A stretch of 64,000 nt of DNA from Amoebidium appalachense (taxonomy: Eukaryota; Protista; Ichthyosporea): contig CAVNZM010000002.1 of assembly GCA_963693365.1 (NCBI GenBank), positions 15,471,615-15,535,614 on the forward strand, given 5' to 3'. How positions within the stretch are numbered: the stretch's first letter is position 1; every line of letters begins with the position of its first letter. The position numbers and the translations under genes are program-made. Of this stretch, positions 38,674-57,051 are shown one piece after another. Below the pieces are notes generated by a model that was not told where the DNA came from, made no database searches, and saw only the letters and a list, made by a program, of their open reading frames with translations.

Positions 38674-40190
38674 CACCACCCCTACCAAGGTGCCACGGGG
38701 TGTGTGGGTGGTTGGGTGGGCGGGTGTGTGTGTGTGGGGCCGGGGGGTGGGTGAGTTAGGCCCTGGGCCCGAAGGGGAGGGGAGGGGGGACTCGGGGAGG
38801 GGGGGGGGGGGGGGGGGGGGGTTAGTTTTTCAAAATCCTCAGAGTTGGTGTTAATTTTTCAGGGGGATTTTTTTCAGAGGAAAAAATATAGCGCTTTAGA
38901 GTAGCGAAACAGTCGTCCCCGTATCAACAGCTGTACATGTACGTAGTACTTGGTTGTGCAGAAAACGGTGCCTCGGGAGCCCAGCAAGCAAATTTTCAAG
39001 GGGCCTGCAGAGACACAGCCTGTTTCGGTGATATGCTGTGGCCATGGGGACACACTGTCAGAATGTTTATTCTTTTTTTCAGTCACATGATAACGGCCCC
39101 ACGCTGCGCATGCCGCCGCCGCCGCCGCGGCGCGCGCGTGCCGTACTAGTGATTGCGCAAACACTTTGGCGGAGCTACTATATATGGTCTATTTTAGTTT
39201 CTTGCGATTGGCTCCATATCATTACTCGTCTACTATCTGCGGGTGCGCTCAGAGCCAATCGCAGCTGAGGAACGTCACGGCTGGCACGGCTTCGGCGTGG
39301 CCCACCCTAGCTGGCCTCGGTGTTGCCACACCACAGTGTAAACCAAACAAAGCATTCTATCTATTATTTTATGACTGCCTTTTGCTTTTGCTCTAACAAA
39401 GGCAACTAAATCAAACATAAGGGTGGTAAGAGACTTGAGAGAAACCGGCGAACGCGACAAGCCTACCTGGTTGAAGTAACGAAGCTTCGAAAAACGGCCA
39501 CTTCAAATTGCAATGGCTCAGCCAATATACAGATTGGCCACTTACTACGCTCCCTTTGTTTCTTTTTATAGCTATTCAGCATTCCTGCGGGACAACGAAG
39601 CATCCACTGCAGCATGCCAATCACAATAGGCACGTAAACAAACGGCACACACTCGTTTGTGCTCATCACAACTTGTCAAACCGCCACCACCACCACTGTC
39701 ACATGCCAGGGATATGCACATGAAGCTAAGCGGGCTATATACAAGGAGACCTCTTTGTTAGTCTCCTTCAGTCCGCGCATCCGTAAGTACGTTTCAGATA
39801 GATTTGACATGTTTCCCTTGATGTTTTTCCACACCTGAGCGACACCATTGTGGTTGAAACGTAGTCGCCACAACCAACTCACTAGCACACACACAGGACA
39901 TGAACAGTACCCAGTACTTCTGGAGTAGTTTGGCATACCCCGTTAGTAAACAGGGCAAAAAAGAACACACATCAGATATTTAGTCTTGGGTCAAATTGTG
40001 TGCAGCTGTATGTTGCTTGTAACTTGGCAAAGCCACCTCAGTACCCAATGTGGCAAAATTTTATGAAGTAACTCCTCACAAACAGGGGCAATTGTTCTCG
40101 TTCATTTGCACATGTTCAAAAACAAGGGTCAATCACTGCAAACTCCTCATATATTAACCCCGGGGCCAAGTCCGCAAACATCGAGCCAAA

Positions 40191-40569
40191 ATGACAGCAA
40201 CTATTGCAGACCCACTTCCGGCCGTCACCACCGCCACTCCACCGACCCCAACCACCACGACCTTACCTGATATCACAACAACTCATCCCAACCCTCCCGT
40301 CAACCCATATGCAAATGTATACAACAATCCCGTAGCATACAACGTTGCCAACCTACACTTTTTCACTGCCGTGACTCTAGCTGTAGGCATCACATGTGCG
40401 TGTGCATACATGGCATGGGTGCGTCAAAGGGGGGAGAAGCTCGCGTTAGCCGTTCTAGTTTTCCATCTTCTGCCCGTATGTGGGTTTGCTGTAACATCAG
40501 TGTACTATGGGCTGGTGGCATATGATGGGTACTACCCATTCGGCAGCACCGCATTCACGGTATGCCCCT

Positions 40570-40604
<35 letters not shown>

Positions 40605-42358
40605 ACCCCCCCCCACACACACACACACACCCACCCCCCACCCACCCACCCACCACCACCACCACCACACCCCCAAACCTCTTCACCATCTCTTCAGCTT
40701 ATTTCCCCCATCTACCCACCCCATGGAACAACAAAAATAGACCTATACCCGCACACTCCAACATACGTTCGCAAAAAGCATCAAACCACGTACACAGCCT
40801 CAATCCAGTGCGGCACACACACACAAAAAATCACTGCCACCACATCTAACACTAAGTCTTTCCAAAATGCTCCTTGCCCCCCTACCTTCCCACACCATCC
40901 ACCCCCCACCCACCCATCCACCAACTCTAGCCCACACAAAATGCTCCATCACAGCTATGATCCTACCTCAGCTTGAAGCCTTCGAATTTACGCATGATGT
41001 TGTCACGACCCCCCCCCCCCCCCCCCCCCCCCCTCCCCCCACCCCCCCCACACACAGACACAAACACTCCCCGCATACGCTCGGAGCCTGGAAGCGATCA
41101 TATGAAATGAGATTAATACAGGAAGGGGGCCGGTTGGTTCTAGGTGCAGAAAGAAGCGGTGGCGGGGAGGAGGGAGAGACCTGGAAGGAACAGGAGAGAA
41201 GGAAGGAGGAGGTTTGATGCTAACACTTTCCATCACATGCAGGGGTTTGAAACCTCGATGACTATCTTCTCGCCACTCCGCTACCTTCCATATTTGGTAT
41301 TGGAGCTCCGACTGGTTGCCATGTGCTATGGCTATCCCTCGCTTCCTAGAATGGTGTGGATCAACGCCTACTCGGTTAAGGGCAGCTACATGGGGTTACG
41401 GTGGATGGTGGCGGTGCTAATCGGATTATTTGTACCGTTCTTTCTGCTTCTCATCATCTCATATGCCAATGCCAGCCTGGTATATGCCATGAACGTGATT
41501 GACGCTGTTATAACTTTCGTTTTGTTGGCTTCGGGAATTGTGGGGTGTTCTCTTCTCCTGCGACCCCATATACGACAATCGCTCCGAAGATTCGATCTGG
41601 ACCAGCTTTCGATTCTCATCACCTTTTTCGGAACATTTACGGTATTTTCCATTTATGTCCGCGCAAACTACGTGTTATATCTCTCCCAGGGAGATAGTCC
41701 CAACCCAGGATATGTGGATGCACTAGTGTGGCTGAATGCCATTGCAGACACTATCCACGTATGTCTGGGATTTCTCACATTTTCGCTCTGGGTGATCATT
41801 CTGCGTGTAATGAGAAAAACCCCCCCGGGTGCCAATCTCGTAACACGAATCAGGCGTGCGGTCTCACGCAGTTCAATTTCCGAGGACGAGGAGAAGAAGA
41901 AGAAGATTGAAAAAACGGTTATTTCGAGCATAAGCACACAAGTAAGCCCCCCCCCCCCCCCCCCCCCTCCAAACACCACCAAGATAAACTTCATTCCGTA
42001 GCACGCTCTTACTATATGCTTTTCTTCCCTTGCGGCCCCACGCGTAGATTGGGGCTGGCTAACATGAAAATATACTGCCCCAACTACCTACAACATGCCT
42101 CAAAACCCATCCACACTCCCCACTCCCTCCCCTCCCTCCTCCCCCCTCCACCCCCCCTGCCCCTCTTCTCGTCCTTGCCACCTAAACTTTTGCACTAGTC
42201 CACTTCAACCGTTGCCCCTTATCCGTCTCCATTCCTTGCCCTAATAAGCCTCTCTCTCCTTTGCTTCCCCGGGCCCCCTATTATTCTCTGTTCCTAGTCT
42301 CCATATGCCCTTTTCTCAGACCGATCCCTCCATACCGCTCTCTCCTCCAGCCATCAAT

Positions 42359-42391
<33 letters not shown>

Positions 42392-42413
42392 ACGCACACG
42401 CACACGCACACGC

Positions 42414-42468
<55 letters not shown>

Positions 42469-42518
42469 ACCCACCCACCCACCCACCCACCCACCCACAA
42501 ATACACACACACACATAA

Positions 42519-42595
<77 letters not shown>

Positions 42596-42771
42596 ATACA
42601 ACAACGTTCACGTCATCCCGGCAGGGCTCGATCACATCGGATGTGGTACCCAGGCACACGTCGCAAGCGTCGACAATATGCATGGAGTCACAGACATCAA
42701 CACCCCAAATCCTGATCGTGCAGTACCCAACATACACGGAGGCAGATCTGTGCACTATGGTGTCTGTGTGA
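40191..42771 (+). CDS. Orphan seven-transmembrane (GPCR-like) protein
   Basis: Exons 40191-40559, 41243-41941 (GCTAAC branch site upstream) and 42595-42771 join in phase 0. Thr/Pro-rich N-terminus, seven hydrophobic segments, Ser/Thr-rich C-tail. Confidence 0.75.
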
Positions 42772-43443
42772 TGGAAATTTGGCAAGATGCCCAGTAACTA
42801 GGCTGCAAGGCGCATCCTAGGAATATGGGTAGATGTTGTTAAGATTTTGCTTCTGAATGCCGCTCAACACTCGTTTTCAGTTGCACCGATAGCCCGGCGG
42901 GTGGGAGGGGGGGGGGGGGGGGGGGAGATTTGAAAATTTGCATCTCGTGAGTCGTATGAGGCCTGATGTAAAGATAACCGAGAAAATAACACGTGCCCGC
43001 GGTATGCATTATCCAATCTTGAGGACTCAGAATGCTATATACGTTATGTATTGCAATTGAACATCGTAGCAGAAAGGGTTCTGCCGTTGTATATTATATC
43101 CCAGTATTTTTACAATACCAAGGTATAAGAACCCAAAGAATATTCGATGCTTAATTTACCGCAGCAGGAAGCACCATGGTGCGGTAAATAAAACAGAATC
43201 TGACGTACAATCATATCATCGGAATGAAAAATCGGCTGACGAACAAGAAATTCTCACACGTTCCTATTCTCTTACCTCCCCTCCACGTCCCCCCCCCCTC
43301 CCCCCTCCCCCTCCCCCCTTTCCCTCCCACCAACCTCCCATTCAGGGCCTGGGTCACGTGTGCATCACGGCGCCGTGATGGGTCATCCATTTACACTGAT
43401 CTATTCACCCAACCCCCTCATCCCCCCTCCGATTGCACCACAC

Positions 43444-43556
<113 letters not shown>

Positions 43557-43927
43557 CGCGCGCTCGCGCGCGCGCGCGCACGCGCGGGCGCGCGTACACA
43601 CAAACACACATGTGTACACGCACGCACGCCGTACACGCACAGAAACCACACACGCACGCACATGTGCGTGTGGGCGTGTGGGCGTGTGTGTGTGCGTGTT
43701 TGTGCGCGTGGTGGTGGTGGGTGCTGGTGGTGTGTGTGTGGGGCGTGGTGGAAGGGGGGGGGGGGGGGGGGGGGGGAGGGGGGGGGGAGATCGCACGGGG
43801 CGGATGAATCAGACAACAGGATGATTATTCAAAGGATTCCGAACGCAGTTCCATTGAGTTCGAATGGATTTGCCAAGCACGGGGCTGGGCCCCGGAGTGG
43901 TGGTGGTGGTGGTGGTGGTGGTGGTGT

Positions 43928-43958
<31 letters not shown>

Positions 43959-44559
43959 AGTGGGGGGGGGGGGGGGGGGGGAGGGGGGGGGGAGGGGGGT
44001 AGGGTGGACGGGTGTGTGTGTGGGGGGGGGGGGGGGGTTGGGAGGTGGGGGGAGGGGGGGGGGGGGGGTGGCCGTGGGGCAGTCAGGGGGGATCCTTCGA
44101 TGCCAGTGCGTATATATTTGCACAAACTTGCGTGCGAACAATATGTTTGTGTGCGAACTATACACGCTTGTTACAGCACGCTGTGCGCCGTAGATCGCCC
44201 GTTTGCAAGTCATGGCAGGCCAGTAAATTTGTTGCCTGGGCCGGGGCCACCACGGTATTTGCACGTGCATAGACACGTGCATATGGCACAGGCGATTCGG
44301 CGAAGCGGCTGGTCAAAACAGAGAGTGTGTATTGTAGGCTGGGAAACCAGCGAGTGAAAATAGAACAAATAAATCCCAAAAGGCGAAGCATGTCTTTATC
44401 GGATTGGTTTCTAATTGTGAATCCAATCAGACATCACGAACAAAAATAGCTCCACATTCCAAAGATGACACTGAGACTCGAGAGTCGAGTCACTGACACC
44501 CGGGCGGACACACCACGCACACATACACGAAGGTATTGTACCGTCGATTACATTAGATT

Positions 44560-44634
44560 CCCACTAGCGTTGCTGCGGCTAGAACCGTGGGATAAAGGCA
44601 TAACTAAATATAGTGCCAGTTGGGGTCAATTAGA
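44560..44634 (+). repeat. 75-bp internal fragment of the SINE
   Basis: CCCACTAGCGTTGCTGCGGCTAGAACCGTGGGATAA...GTGCCAGTTGGGGTCAATTAGA is the reverse complement of ~38246-38319. Confidence 0.85.
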
Positions 44635-45147
44635 TTTATAAGCATATCTCGGTGTCGCAAAATTAGCATGAAATCCCGGCTTCAAATTTAGTATGCTCAT
44701 ATCTCGGTTCAAAAATATTAGCATGTTATCCCGGAATATCATGTTGGCCTTGGTGCCGGCATCTGATCACGATTCACGACCTCAAGCCTGTATGTCGATA
44801 ATAAACAGCACAACCCCCCCCCCCCCCCCCCCCAATGGCCCCCATCCATTCCAGCCAACGCGAGATTCGCGAATTCGAAATTCTACGCACCATATATAGA
44901 TAACAATAAATTCAAGCCAATCAAAACGCGGTGCGGTTGAGCCACCGGGGTATATAACCTTTCGGATTCCACACGGCACAACAGTCATTTGAACTCATTT
45001 CTTCCGCATCTTCCAACACGCTTACAACTACGAGTTGACGACTACAACACCCATCAAAGGCACCTAGAACACAGTCACACAACCACAGCTCTTCACACAT
45101 CATTCTTTATCACACAATAGCTCTAGTGTTTGGCACCCACATAGAAC

Positions 45148-46602
45148 ATGCACAAAAGCTTTCTGAGGGGCCTTGTGGCCATTTGTGTCTTCCACACCAT
45201 TTCGGGTGTGGCTGTGCAGAATGGGATAGTGCACGCGGGCAAACAGACACGTGACGCCACACCAATAATATCCAGCGACATTGACCCACAGAGCGTAGGC
45301 AAAGCTACGGGGGACACACAGCAAAACACGCAAGTAGCGGTAGCCCCTCCACCTCCACCTTCCACACCACCGCAAGATGACGGTGCCGAACAGGCACAAG
45401 CACCAACCACCTCAGCATCTGTCACCCCCCGAATGCAGGCTCCAAGCAGTGGCAATACGTGTGGTACGTGCCCTATCTCCATCGGCAGCACGTGTTATAA
45501 CACTCTCGCTGAGGCTATCACGGCTGCACCGGACGGCGGAGTGATCCAAATTTCATCGGATATCACGGTCGAGTCCGAGATAGAATTCTCAAAATCTATC
45601 TCGTTGGTGGGCTGTGGCTCGCATATCTACGCCTCCTTCAATGGCCAATCGGATGACGCAGCTATTTTGCGTCTTTCTGGTGACGGCCAATCGTTAAAAA
45701 TTAAAGATTTAAAGTTTGAGCGAAAGGGTGAGGGGCTGGCAAGTGCCATCCGCACGCCCGAACTAGGAGATGGGTCTAACGCACACGACACAACATCAAC
45801 CGTAGCCGTCACAATCGAAAAATCGTCTTTTGCAAATTTCCGGGTGGAGGCGCGTGGCGGTGGGGCGATTTTCCTCGGCCAGGTATCAGAATTGACGATT
45901 TCGGATTGCGATTTCGAAGGAAATTCGGTGCAGAAATGGGGCACACACTATGACGGGTGCGGCGCCGTGTGGGTCTATCGCATTAAGGGTAAAGTTGAAA
46001 TTACGGGCAGCACGTTTGCGGAAAATGTGCATGAATTTGAGCACGGACTCGGTGGGGCTTTTGGGGCGGACGAAGTGGATGCCGGGGCATCCCTCTCCAT
46101 CCAAGACTCCATGTTCCGGGGCAACAAGGCGGCTGGGGGTGGTGCTATTTATATCTCAACTATCCACCCGGGGGCAGATGTTGTAATCTCGGGGACATTT
46201 ACGGATAATACCGCCGTCGAGCAAGGGTGGGGTTCACGTGGGGGCGCCATTTGGGTTGAATTTGTGTGCGGAAACACGGAAATTTCAGGAACTTTCGCCA
46301 ACAACCAGGCACCCAACGACCGTGGGGGTGCCATTGCAAACAACCGGATAACCGGAAAATTGACGATCGAGGGGGATTTCGAAGATAACGTCAGCAAACT
46401 TTCCGGTAGTGTGTTTGATAGCGTGCATGGGTTTGAGCCTCTGGACGGGGTGACTGAGGGGAATAGCGGCCAGTTGAAATTGAACGCATATCTCAGTGGG
46501 AATAGAAATAAGGACGGGTCAGATATGTCTATCCGCACTAGCAGTAGTGAAAGTGGCACTACCTTGTATGGTAATGGTCACATGAGCGGCACCTACAGCT
46601 GA
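45148..46602 (+). CDS. Secreted right-handed beta-helix protein, paralog 2
   Basis: Intronless 484 aa with a signal peptide and Pro/Thr linker, then collinear with 29828-31231 (e.g. NFRVEARGG, VQKWGTHYDG, NVHEFEH, NNQAPNDRGGAIANNR, GSVFDSVHGFEPL, LYGNGHxSGTYS*). Confidence 0.87.
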   Translation: MHKSFLRGLVAICVFHTISGVAVQNGIVHAGKQTRDATPIISSDIDPQSVGKATGDTQQNTQVAVAPPPPPSTPPQDDGAEQAQAPTTSASVTPRMQAPSSGNTCGTCPISIGSTCYNTLAEAITAAPDGGVIQISSDITVESEIEFSKSISLVGCGSHIYASFNGQSDDAAILRLSGDGQSLKIKDLKFERKGEGLASAIRTPELGDGSNAHDTTSTVAVTIEKSSFANFRVEARGGGAIFLGQVSELTISDCDFEGNSVQKWGTHYDGCGAVWVYRIKGKVEITGSTFAENVHEFEHGLGGAFGADEVDAGASLSIQDSMFRGNKAAGGGAIYISTIHPGADVVISGTFTDNTAVEQGWGSRGGAIWVEFVCGNTEISGTFANNQAPNDRGGAIANNRITGKLTIEGDFEDNVSKLSGSVFDSVHGFEPLDGVTEGNSGQLKLNAYLSGNRNKDGSDMSIRTSSSESGTTLYGNGHMSGTYS

Positions 46603-47059
46603 TTGGCTGTGTGAGTGAACTATTCCACCCTTGCAAAGTGAGGGAGGGAGGGTATGTCAGATACACAAGTATAACCTACGGGTTTGCGTAGACTTGTTGG
46701 GTTTTTCGCTTCTCTGAATCTTTTTCTTGTTTTCATTTCCCCCCCCCTCTTTTGTCTCCGACGGTTAGAGCGCTTTCAATTTATATTTAAAACAATGATA
46801 TCGAAGTGGTTAGTTGGCGTGTGTACTGTGTGCACTCCTTTATACGTTTGTGGCGTAAAAACCAACTACGAGCAAGAGGCAGCTAAAAACACACCGTGCA
46901 TGAAGGGTGCCACCCAAGTGGCGACACGTTGCTACAGATTTGCAGTGCCGACGGACATTCCTCACTTTCCCCTTCCTCCACTCTTCAAAATAAACGGCCT
47001 TTTACTCCTCCTCCCTCCCCTCCCCCCCCCCCCCCCCCCCCCCCTCACCCCCTCCCCCC

Positions 47060-47093
<34 letters not shown>

Positions 47094-47665
47094 AGAAGAA
47101 GAAGACAAAAAACGATATTTGCATCCCCCGATAACCCGCTCGGCTGCTTGATAACTGCCTGATGATTTCAAAAGTACAGCGAAGACACGCGGAGCTTGCA
47201 GTCTTGCTTATTCTCTCTATCAGGGGTCTCACTCGAGATGGGGAAAATTGGGGAGGGGAAGGTGGGGAGGGGGGTGGTAGGGGGGGGGGGGGGGGGGGGA
47301 AGACGTAAGGTGTTTTTTTTTTTTTTTTTTTTTTTTTGGTTTGTTTGTTTGTGTGTGTGTGTGGTGTGTGACGGTGTGTGTGTGTGGGTGGGTGGGTGGG
47401 GGGGGGGGGACTGCTTTCTAAATCTCTTGTTGCAACGTGTCGAATAGCATATGCAGATAAATCCGGAGAAAAGGGGGGGAGGGGGGGAAGGGGGGCTGGG
47501 GGGGGAGGGAGGGGGGGGAGAGGGGGGGCTCAGTGGGTATTTACTGAAAATACAACAAAGAAGCTAATCGGCATTGAATTGTTGCTGCCGTACCGTTAGT
47601 TTGGTAGCACTCCGTGATTGGCTACAAATCAGAATGGCAATGGCTGCACTGGGGGCCAGCCAGGT

Positions 47666-47714
<49 letters not shown>

Positions 47715-48061
47715 TAGGCGCGTGTGTCTCTCTCTCTGTGTGTGTGTGTTGTGGGAGGGGGCCTGCTGCAGCTTTTTTATTGTCTGTAGTTATTCGTCCC
47801 CCCCCCCCCCCCAGGTTCAGGCACCGTGCGAAAAGCAATGCTGCGATTGTAGGCCCAGACGTTTTAGGATATTACGAGGACTGAGCTGTGTATTTGTTTG
47901 TGTGTGCGGGTGCACGTGGGTCTTTGTGTGTGTGCGTGCGTGCGGTGTGTGTCTGCACTCGTGCCGATACGTGTGCGAGTTGCAAGGGAGGGTAAGGGCC
48001 CCCCCCTCCTCCCGGGGGGTTGGGGGGGTTGGGGGGGGGGGGGGGGGGGGGGGGGGTGGGC

Positions 48062-48239
48062 TTCAAAGTCAATTTGCAGCTGAATATCACAGTGCCTGAG
48101 AAATCACAGAAGTCTCGTACAGCTTAGATATTTTTGAAACTTTGATGATCCCGAACATGCGCATGTACTAAACATCCGGATGATACGTTGCATAACAGAA
48201 AGAATGATTTCAACGAGAAGGGCCCCACGCCCCCCGAAA

Positions 48240-48298
<59 letters not shown>

Positions 48299-48455
48299 GG
48301 GTTCAAACTCAATTTGCAGCTGAGTATCACATTGCCTCAGAAATCACAGAAGTCACTTAGATATTTTTGATGTCCCGGACGTGCTGGTGCCACAACATAA
48401 CTTAGACACCCGGATGATATGTGGGATACTGGGAAGAATGGTAATCGAGGAGGGC
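48062..48455. repeat. Diverged ~160-bp direct duplication, each unit preceded by a G tract
   Basis: TTCAAA(G/C)TCAATTTGCAGCTGA(A/G)TATCACA(G/T)TGCCT(G/C)AGAAATCACAGAAGTC at 48062 and 48302. Confidence 0.8.
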
Positions 48456-48669
48456 AGAACATGCGTGTGTGAGAGTGCTCACACGTGCGCTTGTGTGTGC
48501 ACGTATACTTTACGGCTTTTTATGTTCTTTTAGCTACACTTATATCTGAAACCCTGCAGATTTTTTGCTTCTTTAATGTAAACGGTTTGAAGATCTTTGC
48601 TGAAGTCTCCTAAGGCGGCAAAAGCCCGTTGCAAAAGTACTCTGTGTGTACCTGTGTTTGTCTCTCTGT

Positions 48670-48717
<48 letters not shown>

Positions 48718-48844
48718 ACATGTGTGTACATGTACACGTGCATGTTTGCAATGTTATTGAATAGTGTCCGGTGTTTCGTGGTGGTGTGTGCGTGCGTGTG
48801 CTAGAGTATGTATGGGACGGGGGGCGGGGGAGGGGGGGCGTGCT

Positions 48845-48921
<77 letters not shown>

Positions 48922-49123
48922 TTGTGTAAAAGTGTGCTCGTGTGTGTGTTTGCAATGTGTGGAGCAGTGTGTAGCAATTTGTGTGCTTGTGTAAATATTC
49001 GCTGTTGTGTGTGTGTGGCGACAAGCGGGGGGGGGGGAAGAAGGGCCGAGCAGGGGTTGTTACAAAAATGTGTGTGTGTGTGTGTGTGTGTCAATCTCTC
49101 TCTCCCTCTCTCGATCTCCTTCT

Positions 49124-49192
<69 letters not shown>

Positions 49193-49929
49193 TGTGTGTG
49201 TGTGTAATACGTGTGGGGGATCTTTGCTCATCAGGGAGGAAAAATAGGGGGGGGGGGGGGGGGGGGGGGAGGCCTTCAACAAACGGAAAACGTGCATGCA
49301 CACATTTGATGCATATCGAGGCCTAGGGTTTATTGATAAACTTTGGTGTCGGCATGGTTATTAAATGCAATCTGACAGCCGACACTAAGCCAAGTCGGAT
49401 CACTATGAACCTAATCAACCATTCCCAGGCACTGTTTGGAGCAAATTTCAGGTACTGCACATCCGAAGCAAACAATAAAAAAACGAACCAAGTTTACAAG
49501 AGACCAAGTAAACAGTCAAGGCAAAGAGTAGGAGGCAAGATCGGAAGGCAGCCGGATGGAGGGGAGTAAAGAATGAAACCAAGTATTGTGTCCTTGGTGG
49601 GCATATGTGGGAGCAAGGCACCAGTCAAATTGATATGAGCAGAGTTTCATGAATACATGAGCTAAGGTAAGTTACTTGAAGATGCATATTCCTATTTTTT
49701 TTGATTGTTTTATAAAAACTATTGCAACACTATTGACACATAAACATTGCACCTAAAAAAAATGGGTAAAAAAAAAAAAAACCAAAAAAAAACAAACAAA
49801 CAAACAGAAAAAAAAAAAAACAAAGCAAAAACCCAAGAAGGGGAGGGAGGGAAGGAAGAAAAAAAAAAGCGGAGAAAATGGTTACACCTCAGGCAAGGCT
49901 CCCACACAACAACACATAAATCCTACAAA

Positions 49930-55244
<5,315 letters not shown>

Positions 55245-56196
55245 GGTCGAAGAAGAGGAAAACCAACAGGTGTTACAAACATCCCATTCTACCAACCTAG
55301 CGTTCAACACGATGCTGTGCTGTGCGGAAAATGTCTCTCCCTCGGCTCCCCCCTCTCACTCTCTCTGTCCCCTGTCCCTCCAGATCTTGTGCAATATCAC
55401 CTTCTCCACCTCTCTCCCTCCCTCCCTCCCTCCCTCCCTCCCTCTCTTTCACTCTCTCTCTCTCTCTCCCCCCCCCTCTCTCTTTCTCCTATCTCTCCCG
55501 TGGTTATCTAAATTATCTTTCTCTCTCTCCTCCACACACTCTTTCTCTCCCGTGGAGATCTATATTATCTCTCTCTTTCTCCGAGACTCCGAGTCTCTTT
55601 CCCTCGAGCTTCCCTCTTTAGCTCTCAAGCTTTTCGAAGCGCGTCCGCCCAGTTTTGGCGCCAAGAATGTGATATTTGCCCTCCTCTGTTGCTATCACGA
55701 TCCCATCCACCAATCAGATTACGCGTGACGTAGACAACCCTTTGACACAGCTGGCTGACTCGGTCTGCGTCAGCCGTGGTCTGCGTCACCTTCGCCTGTG
55801 CGGCACTTCGGACAATTTAAACAGAAAAATAGCTGACACCCTCATAACCAAATCGCTGTTTTTTTTAAGGTTTTTTTTTTTAAGACTGGTGATTCTCTGC
55901 TGCAGCTCAGCTTTGTGCTCCTGGGGTATTTTTGGCATTTTCAGGTGGCTGGGAGAGCTGAAAACGAGAAGCTGCAAGCGGGAAACACCTTCGTGTAGTG
56001 ATTAGTGCGACTGCAGACAACTTAGATCCAGCAGGGAAGTTTACTGCTTGGACCGGGCCCTTTATATTTTTCTCTGCAATCTTTCTCTCTAGCTGGCATT
56101 TATTGCCGAGATTCTGAACTTCGTTTGCTTGGAGTGGGACGTCGTGTGGATCCGTTTTTGTTTTGTTCTTAGAGTACTGGCTCAAACCTCGTTAAA
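55245..56196. promoter_or_regulatory. Probable bidirectional promoter region between the F-box gene and Rab18
   Basis: Head-to-head start codons ~950 bp apart; CCAATCAG (~55710), CGTGACGT and duplicated GGTCTGCGTCA (55762-55788). Confidence 0.4.
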
Positions 56197-56262
56197 ATGG
56201 GTGATGCTTTGGTTACGGACGATCAGGTTGCGCACGTTTTCAAGTTGCTCCTCATCGGAGAC

Positions 56263-56326
<64 letters not shown>

Positions 56327-56337
56327 TGGTGTGTGTG

Positions 56338-56404
<67 letters not shown>

Positions 56405-56987
56405 CACGTAGGTGTGGGCACGTAGGTGTGTGGTGTTTGTGTGGGCGGGTGTCTGCGTGTCTGTGCGTCTGCGTGTGCTTCTGCGTGTGCGTGTGCGTGT
56501 GCGTGTGCGTGTGCGTGTGCGTGTGCGTGTGCGTGTGCGTGTGCGTGTGCACGTGTGTGTGTTTGCACGCACGTGTGTGTGTGTTTGGGGGGGGGGGGGG
56601 GGGGGGGTTTGCGTGTATGTATGGTTTTGTGCATGCGTGTGCGTGGTTGTATTTGTGCTTGTTTGTTTTTGTGTGCGTGTGTGCTTTTTTTTTGTGTGTG
56701 TGTGTATGTGTGTGTGTGTGCGTGTGCGCGCGCGCACGCGCGTGTGTGTATGTGTTCGTGTGTGCGTGTGCGTGTGTGCGTGCGTGCGTGTGTGCGTGTG
56801 TGCGTGCATGTGCGTGTGTGTGTGTGTGTGTGTATGCCCGTGTACACGGGTGTGTTGAGTTGCTCACTCAAGTGGGTTACATGTTACCTTGTTGTGGTGT
56901 GTGTAGTGTTCATAGGTGTATTAATGCATATGACCCTTTTTTGGGGGGGGGGGTAGGGGGGGGGGGAGGGGGTAAGGGGTAGATGTG

Positions 56988-57051
<64 letters not shown>

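Noticed and set aside
39203-39310. 12-bp inverted CCAAT repeat and hairpin + CTAG resembling a Helitron 3' end
   Set aside because: No A/T insertion context, no 5' TC end identified and no second copy in the window.
48530-48645. Possible minus-strand terminal exon (VLLQRAFAALGDFSKDLQTVYIKEAKNLQGFRYKCS*) after a CA-rich acceptor
   Set aside because: No upstream exons or homology could be supported; the F-box gene already stops at 49930.
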